A stretch of 64,000 bases of DNA, taken from assembly GCA_964506725.1 (NCBI GenBank), contig CAZDLU010000006.1, positions 4,078 to 68,077 of the forward strand, given 5' to 3'. The stretch is from an uncultured Rhizobium sp. (lineage in GTDB: Bacteria > Pseudomonadota > Alphaproteobacteria > Rickettsiales > UBA1997). A program made the position numbers and the translations under genes. Under the pieces are notes generated by a model, which was not told the origin of the DNA, did not search any database, and saw only the letters and a program-made list of their open reading frames with translations. Below, piece by piece: positions 57,767-64,000 of the stretch; position 1 is the stretch's first letter; each line of letters opens with the position of its first letter.

Positions 57767-58675
57767 TTACTTCGTCATCGCCGCAACTTCCGCAGCAAAA
57801 TCATTTTCTTTTTTCTCGATTCCTTCGCCTAAAATGAAAAGCTTGAAACCGGAAATTTTTGTTTCACCATTTTCTTTGGCAAATTTAGAAACTAAATCTT
57901 TAATTTTAACTTTGTCATCCATTACAAATGGTTGTTCCAAAAGCACGACTTCTTCGTAATATTTTCTGATACGACCTTCGATCATTTTGTCGATAATGCT
58001 TTCCGGTTTGCCGGAAGCGCGTGCTTGGTCTTTCAAAATCTCAGTTTCACGTGACAATTTTGTCGGATCAACCGCATCAATTGAAAGAGCATCAGGCTTT
58101 GCCGCAGCAATATGCATCGCAATTTGCTTACCCAAATCTTCAACTTTAGCTTTGTCAGCTTTTGAATCAAAAGCCACCAACACGGCGATTTTACCCATAT
58201 TTGCCGCAACGGCATTGTGAATATAACTTACGACCACGCCACTTAGAGTATCAACTCTTCTAACGTTAATATTTTCACCAATCACACCAATTTGATTTTT
58301 GATTTCTTCATCAATTGAATGTGAAGTTCCGGCAAAATTTGTCGCTTTGAATTTTTCAATATCGCTTCCACCAAATGCCAAAGCTTGTTTTACAATTTTT
58401 GCTACCAAGTCTTGGAATTTGTCGTTGCGCGCTACGAAATCAGTTTCAGAATTCACTTCAACGATTGCCGCTTTGTCACCTTCAAGAGCAACAGCAACAA
58501 CGCCTTCCGAAGTAACACGTCCGCTTTTTTTACCAGCTGAAGAAAGGCCTTTTTTACGTAACCAGTCAACTGCTTTTTCAAAGTCGTCGCCACATTCGGC
58601 AAGTGCTTTATTACAATCCGCGATACCGCATCCTGTTGATTCGCGAAGTTTTTTGATTAATGATAGATCTGCCAT
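57767..58675 (-). CDS. tsf: elongation factor Ts
   Basis: N-terminal UBA-like LRESTGCGIADCNKAL and the typical core. Confidence 0.95.
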   Translation of the reverse strand: MADLSLIKKLRESTGCGIADCNKALAECGDDFEKAVDWLRKKGLSSAGKKSGRVTSEGVVAVALEGDKAAIVEVNSETDFVARNDKFQDLVAKIVKQALAFGGSDIEKFKATNFAGTSHSIDEEIKNQIGVIGENINVRRVDTLSGVVVSYIHNAVAANMGKIAVLVAFDSKADKAKVEDLGKQIAMHIAAAKPDALSIDAVDPTKLSRETEILKDQARASGKPESIIDKMIEGRIRKYYEEVVLLEQPFVMDDKVKIKDLVSKFAKENGETKISGFKLFILGEGIEKKENDFAAEVAAMTK

Positions 58676-58701
58676 AGTTATTTTTTTAATACTTGTTTTG
58701 T

Positions 58702-58834
58702 TTAAGTGCTCTGGTGCTCTGGTGCTCTCGCTTCGCTAGAGCTCAGGTGCTCGGGCTCTAAGTTTATAATCTTTATTACTATAAACTTAAGGCCCGAGCA
58801 CCCGAGCACCCGAGCACTTAAGCACCCGAGCACT
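58702..58834. repeat. family B element, copy B6
   Basis: The core stem is 23 bp: ggtgctcgggctctaagtttata / tataaacttaaggcccgagcacc. It is flanked by tandem gtgctctg / ccgagcac octamers. Confidence 0.88.
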
Positions 58835-58843
58835 AGTTATAAA

Positions 58844-59773
58844 TTACTTCTTCGCCGCCGGTTTTTTTCCTGCCGTTTTCTTCCCAGCCGGCTTTTTACC
58901 TGCTTTCGGCTCTTCTTTCGCCTCAACTTTCACAACTTCTTTTTTACCTTTAAATTCTTTTTTATCCTTATGATGAGGTTTCTCTCTGCCTTTTTTGTCG
59001 GCAATTGAATTTTTATATTCTTCAATATTCAATTCTTCTTCACCACCGAATTTGCTCATATCAACACCTGACAAAGCCATGTTTTCCTTGATTCCGGCGA
59101 TTGCCGCATCAGAAAGCAAACGACAGAAAAGTTTAATAGATTTTGCTGAATCATCATTACCCGGAATTGGGAATGCGATACCATCAGGATTACAATTTGT
59201 ATCAACGATTGCCATGATTGGAACGTTGAGTTTCTTGGCTTCAGCAATTGCCAAAGACTCTTTATTCGTATCAATTACAAAAACCAAATCAGGATAGCCA
59301 CCCATGTTTTTGATGCCACCCAAGGCCTGTTCAAGTTTAAGTCTTTGTCTTTCCAAAACCAATTTTTCTTTTTTGTTAAAACCAACTTCAGAATCGGCAA
59401 GTTGTTCTTCGATTTTTTTCAAAGTTTTGATTGATTGCGAAACTGTTTTCCAGTTGGTAAGCATTCCGCCGAGCCATCTGAAATTAACATAATATTGGCC
59501 ACATCTTTTTGCGGCTTCAGCAACCGGCTGAATCGCTTGTTTCTTAGTTGCAACAAATAAAATACGGCCGTTATTTTTGGCAATATCGCGCACAGTTTTC
59601 ATAGCATTTTGCAGCAAATTCGCGGTCTTATTAAGATCGATAATGCTTACACCATTGCGGCTTGTATGAATATATTTAGACATTTTCGGGTTACGGCGCA
59701 TTGTTTTATGACCGAAGTGAGCGCCTGCTTCAAGAAGCTGGCGAATAGTGAATTTAGGAAGTTCGTTAGACAT
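58844..59773 (-). CDS. rpsB: 30S ribosomal protein S2 with a Lys/Ala/Pro-rich C-terminal extension
   Basis: Conserved bS2 core (LLEAGAHFGH..., VDTNCNPD), then an extra tail of about 55 aa, KKGREKPHHKDKKEFKGKKEVVKVEAKEEPKAGKKPAGKKTAGKKPAAKK. Confidence 0.95.
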   Translation of the reverse strand: MSNELPKFTIRQLLEAGAHFGHKTMRRNPKMSKYIHTSRNGVSIIDLNKTANLLQNAMKTVRDIAKNNGRILFVATKKQAIQPVAEAAKRCGQYYVNFRWLGGMLTNWKTVSQSIKTLKKIEEQLADSEVGFNKKEKLVLERQRLKLEQALGGIKNMGGYPDLVFVIDTNKESLAIAEAKKLNVPIMAIVDTNCNPDGIAFPIPGNDDSAKSIKLFCRLLSDAAIAGIKENMALSGVDMSKFGGEEELNIEEYKNSIADKKGREKPHHKDKKEFKGKKEVVKVEAKEEPKAGKKPAGKKTAGKKPAAKK

Positions 59774-59908
59774 GTTTAAAATTAATTTTGGTTAAATAAG
59801 CAAATGGCCCTTTCACGTTTTCACGCGACCAAAACAAACCATTTGTAAGGATTTGGATTTAAAAAATCGGTCGGGGCATTTTACTGAGACAAAAGTAAAA
59901 GGCAAGCT

Positions 59909-60727
59909 TTATGAATGATCTGGAGTTGCTTCAACTCGCGCTCTTTTTTTAACAGCCTTTCCTGCACCAGCAGCTACAGCAGCACTTGGAACAGCGCTAA
60001 TGCTTGCCGCTGCGGAAGCGGTATCATCATGTTCTTCCTCGGAAGAATCTTTAATAGCGCCACCATGAATTCCACCATTTTTAAAAATTCTACCGCCACT
60101 TGTATTAATTAAAAATAGTAAACCATCATCTATTGGAAGGGCATCGCCATGTCCTTCTTCCGTAGAATCTTCCATAGTTCCGCCGGCACCACCATGAACT
60201 CCACCATTTTTAAAAATGCTACCATCTTTAAAATTAAATTTTCCTATTCCACTTGTATTAATTAAATTTATTAATCTTTCTATCTCAGTTTTATCAATGA
60301 TGCTACGCATATCAGTAACACCCACCTTAACCGTTATCTCACCTCGGGTAAACTTTCTGATAAACTTCTTAACATCTTTTACTTTAGATTTTTTATACGA
60401 TGAACAAGGCCCATTAATTTTAAGCAAATTGGCAGAAATATCTGATTTTATTTGGTTAAATTCTTCATTTTCTTCAAAATTCTTAATTTGCTTATCAATC
60501 GCATTTATAAACTGGATATTATAAGAGGGAATTTTTATTCCTTTTTCACCTTTAACAATAACAAAAAATTCTTCTGCGGATCTGGAATTTCTGCTATATA
60601 AATAACCATCAAAACCCAAGCTAGTTATTATTTCAAGTATTCTATCAACTGACTCTTCATCATTGTCAGTATCACCTTTAGCTTGCGGTCTTCCAGTAGC
60701 AACTTTCGATATTGGTAGCATACTCAA
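59909..60727 (-). CDS. hypothetical protein (272 aa orphan) with an internal repeat and a KKRARV tail
   Basis: Clean ORF with two copies of LINTSG..IFKNGG[VI]HGGA...DS[TS]EE.H.D. The C-terminus is an Ala/Ser-rich stretch followed by KAVKKRARVEATPDHS. Confidence 0.55.
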   Translation of the reverse strand: MSMLPISKVATGRPQAKGDTDNDEESVDRILEIITSLGFDGYLYSRNSRSAEEFFVIVKGEKGIKIPSYNIQFINAIDKQIKNFEENEEFNQIKSDISANLLKINGPCSSYKKSKVKDVKKFIRKFTRGEITVKVGVTDMRSIIDKTEIERLINLINTSGIGKFNFKDGSIFKNGGVHGGAGGTMEDSTEEGHGDALPIDDGLLFLINTSGGRIFKNGGIHGGAIKDSSEEEHDDTASAAASISAVPSAAVAAGAGKAVKKRARVEATPDHS

Positions 60728-60757
60728 TTCTTTTTAAAATTTATTAAAATTTTTTAG

Positions 60758-61030
60758 TTAAAAACTAATATTTCCTAACCCTAAATAAAGCAAGCTTAAA
60801 ATCGCTAAGATTAAACTTAAATAAATAGCGATTACAAATTTACGATTTCGCAAGGAAAAATACGAAGAAACCGGCTCCACTGTTGCGCCCTCGCCTACTA
60901 CTTTGTAATTTAGGTCTTTGTTTTTTTTGAGGATTTTTTTGATTAAAATATTTTCGATTAGGAAAACCCAAAGCAGATAGATGATGATGGGAGTAAGTGC
61001 TGGCCAGAGTTTAAGAAGTATTCTTATCAT
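60758..61030 (-). CDS. small membrane protein (90 aa, two predicted TM helices)
   Basis: Hydrophobic N- and C-terminal helices. The start overlaps the relE stop by 4 nt. Confidence 0.5.
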   Translation of the reverse strand: MIRILLKLWPALTPIIIYLLWVFLIENILIKKILKKNKDLNYKVVGEGATVEPVSSYFSLRNRKFVIAIYLSLILAILSLLYLGLGNISF

Positions 61031-61284
61031 TTATAAACCTCTTTTCGATTACCGATTTTTACCACAACTACAATTAATTTGTGATTGTGTTTTTCACAAA
61101 TCAAACGATAGTCACCAATCCTGAATTTATAAAGGCCGGAGAACTTTCCAACCAGTGGGATTAGAAAATGATTTGGATTTTTGGCAAGTTTTTCGTTAAC
61201 AGATTTTTGAATTCTTTTTCTAACTTCGCAAGAAAGTTTAAAAAGCTCTTTATTAGAGTCTTTATTAAAAACTATTTTCCACAT
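61027..61284 (-). CDS. relE: type II toxin, RelE/ParE superfamily
   Basis: 85 aa with a typical C-terminal pattern (L.G...GLYKFRIGDYRLI......LIVVVVKIGNRKEVY). Confidence 0.8.
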   Translation of the reverse strand: MWKIVFNKDSNKELFKLSCEVRKRIQKSVNEKLAKNPNHFLIPLVGKFSGLYKFRIGDYRLICEKHNHKLIVVVVKIGNRKEVYK

Positions 61285-61313
61285 ATTTGGGTTTATTTCT
61301 GATTAAAATTTTA

Positions 61314-61571
61314 TTATTTCGTTTCTTCTTGCTTCATTTTTTCTTGGATTTCTTCCCAACTAATATAAGGCTCCCCTGATTTTTTGTGCTCTCTTATTCT
61401 TTTTTTCGCCTCAATCAAATCTTGAATATCTTCTAATTTTTCTTGTAGATAATTTTCCAAAGCTTTTTTAATATAGAAGCTCTTGCTTCTTTCCTCGAAG
61501 GCCGAAACTTTTTCTAATTTTTTAGCTAGAGATGCCGGAATTTGTGCGGAAATATTTACGTTAGCTGTCAT
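61314..61571 (-). CDS. type II antitoxin, ribbon-helix-helix (CopG/RelB-like)
   Basis: 85 aa immediately upstream of the toxin, with the RHH pattern ISAQIPASLAKKLEKVSAFEERSKSFYIKKALENYL. Confidence 0.7.
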   Translation of the reverse strand: MTANVNISAQIPASLAKKLEKVSAFEERSKSFYIKKALENYLQEKLEDIQDLIEAKKRIREHKKSGEPYISWEEIQEKMKQEETK

Positions 61572-61632
61572 AAATTTAATGAAAGTTAATATTTTTAGTA
61601 ATTATTAGTAACTCTTAATAAAAGTCAATAAC

Positions 61633-62343
61633 ATGATAATTTTCCCGGCCATTGATTTAAAAGACGGCAAGTGCGTTCGCTTGTTTAAAGGCGATATGAA
61701 TCAGGTGACTGTGTTTAATGATAATCCAAAAAGTCAGGCTGTGGAATTTGAAAAAGCTGGGTTTAAATTTTTGCATATTGTAGATTTGGATGGCGCAATT
61801 AAAGGTCACGGAGTTAATGAAGATGCGGTTCGCGATATTGTTAGAAATATAAGAATTCCGACACAACTTGGTGGCGGAATTCGTACGATTGCTGATATTG
61901 AAAAATGGTTGGATTTAGGTGTAAGCCGCGTAATTCTTGGCACGGTGGCGGCAAAAAATCCGGAACTTGTAATTGAAGCTTGTAAAAAATTTCCCGGTAA
62001 AATTGTGGTTGGAATTGATGCCAAAAATGGTTTTGTAGCAACCGAAGGCTGGGTGGAAACTTCGGAAATTGCGGTTTTAGAACTAGCTAAAAAATTTGAA
62101 AATTGTGGAGTTTCTGCAATAATTTATACTGATATTTCACGCGACGGAACCTTGAGCGGCGCGGATTTGGATGGTACAAAGAATTTGGCACAAAATTTAA
62201 AAATTCCGGTGATTGCCTCGGGCGGTGTTTCTTGTTTGGACGATGTGAAAAAAATTGCCGAGTTGGAAAAATACGGCGTGATCGGCGCGATTGTCGGAAG
62301 AGCGATTTATGATAAAAAAATTCGAGTAGAAGACTTGGTATGA
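61633..62343 (+). CDS. hisA: 1-(5-phosphoribosyl)-5-[(5-phosphoribosylamino)methylideneamino]imidazole-4-carboxamide isomerase
   Basis: IFPAIDLKDGKCVRL, VDLDGA, GGGIR, and SGGVS. No other his genes are adjacent. Confidence 0.92.
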   Translation: MIIFPAIDLKDGKCVRLFKGDMNQVTVFNDNPKSQAVEFEKAGFKFLHIVDLDGAIKGHGVNEDAVRDIVRNIRIPTQLGGGIRTIADIEKWLDLGVSRVILGTVAAKNPELVIEACKKFPGKIVVGIDAKNGFVATEGWVETSEIAVLELAKKFENCGVSAIIYTDISRDGTLSGADLDGTKNLAQNLKIPVIASGGVSCLDDVKKIAELEKYGVIGAIVGRAIYDKKIRVEDLV

Positions 62344-62351
62344 TTTGTTAA

Positions 62352-63299
62352 TTATTCAGGAAGCGCAACTCTGGCTTTTTTTGTGACGCCTTGAGTTGCA
62401 GTAGCTTCCGAGGCGTGAGGATGAGGTGGCATATGAACTGCAACCGTTCCGACAAGAGCCGTAACTTCACTGGAATCAGCTGCAGCCGAAGCTTGTTGTG
62501 CTTGCATTGCAACTATTTGCGCTTCTAATTTTGCTATATATTCTTCCCTTTCTATTAATAATAACTCGGCTTCTTGCTTTTCTAAACCCGCTAAACCAAC
62601 GCAACATAAGGTTTTTATTTCACTTACAGAATATTTACCTACCAAAGCCGCAGTCAAATTTTTTATCAATACTTCATCAACAACCGCCGATACTTCACCA
62701 GTCTCACTTCTAACAATTGCCGGGGGCCTTCCTTCTGCAATTCTGGTTCTTATCGTATGAAATAAAGACTCGGAATCATCAAGAGTCTCTTGATTGCATA
62801 TCAATTTATGAATTCTTGTTATCAAGACCAAATAGTCACTTGCTAACTTTTTATATTCCTCTTCAAAAAGCGGAGTTTCAGAAATTTCCGCTACGCTTTT
62901 TATGTAATCTTCAGTACTCAAACCACCTTCCGAAGGAAAAAATATTTTATCATAACTTGCCTTTGGAAATCCTGCGGTAGCAGTTGAATAAGTATCAGTT
63001 AAATTGGAGATTTCCTTTAAAACTTTTTTGGATTTTTCGCAAGTTGGACCAAGATCTATTATGGGAAAATCTGCAATAGTGGCAGCTTCGGCAGGAAAGT
63101 CCTTTTTATATTTTTCAATAGCGGCAGATTTAGCAGCAAATTCTTTTTTATATTTAATATGAAATTGGTTTATATCTTCTATTAATTTATCAAGTTCCGG
63201 TGCTATTACGAGATCAACGGCACCAACAGCGTAAGCGCTTAAAACTTCAACATGCTTGATTACACCATCCTTGTCTTTTAAATCAAAAGCATCAAACAT
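62352..63299 (-). CDS. hypothetical protein (315 aa orphan) with a KKARV tail
   Basis: Clean ORF with a coiled-coil near the C-terminus (EREEYIAKLEAQIVAMQAQQ), then an Ala/Ser/Thr-rich stretch ending GVTKKARVALPE. Confidence 0.55.
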   Translation of the reverse strand: MFDAFDLKDKDGVIKHVEVLSAYAVGAVDLVIAPELDKLIEDINQFHIKYKKEFAAKSAAIEKYKKDFPAEAATIADFPIIDLGPTCEKSKKVLKEISNLTDTYSTATAGFPKASYDKIFFPSEGGLSTEDYIKSVAEISETPLFEEEYKKLASDYLVLITRIHKLICNQETLDDSESLFHTIRTRIAEGRPPAIVRSETGEVSAVVDEVLIKNLTAALVGKYSVSEIKTLCCVGLAGLEKQEAELLLIEREEYIAKLEAQIVAMQAQQASAAADSSEVTALVGTVAVHMPPHPHASEATATQGVTKKARVALPE

Positions 63300-63311
63300 T
63301 ATTTGATAAAT

Positions 63312-64000
63312 CTATAAACTATTTCCACCTCTTGCCCCTGCTATTTGCACTGGCGTACTTGTTGGTCTAATTGCGGATTGTTCGCTTTCAAGCGTGCCGG
63401 GTTTTTTATCATCCTTGCTTACATCTGTCAAGTCAGAATCTGTCGGCTTTTGCGCCACAAGTTTTATTTCCGGACCTTGCGGCATTCGCAAAACTTGTTT
63501 TGGCATTGGTAATCCAAATAGAGTAGTTGCCATGCCTGATGATGCTGCAACCGCGACGACATTAGGCTTTTGCGGCCCAAATAAATCAGTTCCAAGAAAA
63601 GAATGATGCGAAACTGCGGTTGCACTTGGTTTAGCCGGAGCCGGAGCCGAAGCTGCAATTGTCGGTGTTGCTTGCGGCATTTTTAATACGCGCCTTCCCA
63701 TCATTTCTTCAGCAGCAGTTTTTCCGGAAAAAAAAGCAATGCGACTTTCACTCGCAACTGGCGGATTTACTGCCACCGCCTCAGCAGGTTTTTTTAGAAT
63801 AACCGCTTGATCAGTTATTCTAACCTTTCCGCCTCTATCATCTTCAGAGGATGCAGAATCTTCATCAAGCGCAAGTGGCCGCTTCGCTGCTTCGGCGGCT
63901 TGCGCAACTCTTTTTTCATGTAAAATCTTTTTTGCCTTGTCCGCTATATATCTAAAATTTTCCGAATATAATTCATCATGATTTCCGCCTTTCTCTCTGC
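63312..64000 (-). CDS. hypothetical protein, 3' part (ORF stays open to the window edge, at least 229 aa)
   Basis: The listed 154-aa ORF begins at an internal GTG. My own translation of the same frame upstream (63777-63998) has no stop (...REKGGNHDELYSENFRYIADKAKKILHEKRVAQAAEAAKRPL...). It is Pro/Ala-rich and has a repeated VL[KR]MPQ motif. Confidence 0.5.
   Translation of the reverse strand, partial: REKGGNHDELYSENFRYIADKAKKILHEKRVAQAAEAAKRPLALDEDSASSEDDRGGKVRITDQAVILKKPAEAVAVNPPVASESRIAFFSGKTAAEEMMGRRVLKMPQATPTIAASAPAPAKPSATAVSHHSFLGTDLFGPQKPNVVAVAASSGMATTLFGLPMPKQVLRMPQGPEIKLVAQKPTDSDLTDVSKDDKKPGTLESEQSAIRPTSTPVQIAGARGGNSL

Noticed and set aside
56828-58834. Possible CRISPR-like array, because of the regularly repeated GAGCAC-containing units
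   Set aside because: The repeat unit is only 8 bp and is contiguous, with no spacers. The arrays are palindromic hairpins, and no cas genes are present.

Overview
The window is a visibly AT-rich bacterial chromosome segment. Gene content and local synteny point to an alphaproteobacterium, probably an intracellular Rickettsiales- or Holosporales-like lineage. The supporting synteny is argS followed by a SPOR gene, a DUF4164 gene followed by zapA, mraZ-rsmH-ftsL, lpxI, an IalB-like gene, and rpsB-tsf-pyrH-frr-uppS-cdsA.

About 60 protein genes can be supported. Most are housekeeping genes: recN, trpBA, argJ, msrA, dnaB, tolQ, dnaX, ispB, cca, obg, sdhA, folE, xer, dnaE, alkB, coaE, thiG, hisA and others. 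One ncRNA is present (SRP RNA, ffs) that the ORF track mis-reads as an ORF.

No rRNA, tRNA, CRISPR array, transposase or prophage is visible.

Three themes stand out.
- At least four families of REP/REPIN-like palindromic repeats (here called A-D, about 18 copies) fill intergenic gaps, create spurious N- or C-terminal ORF extensions, and abut the ends of dnaE, dnaX and sdhA.
- Seven orphan ORFs with no recognisable family are wedged into otherwise conserved operons (1421, 457, 514, 482, 272 and 315 aa, plus one partial ORF of at least 229 aa). They are candidate secreted or effector proteins, and two share a C-terminal KK(R)ARV tail.
- Replication genes are unusual. dnaB carries a full-length intein with Ala1 and a W/C/T signature (class-3 type) plus a LAGLIDADG endonuclease. 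dnaE stops after about 830 aa at a repeat. dnaX is only gamma-length.

I could not identify a multi-gene system of clearly novel function. The best candidates for follow-up are the tolQ-adjacent giant orphan, the orphan cluster at 59.9-64 kb, and the repeat superfamily. All functional calls rest on motif recognition by eye; no database search was run.
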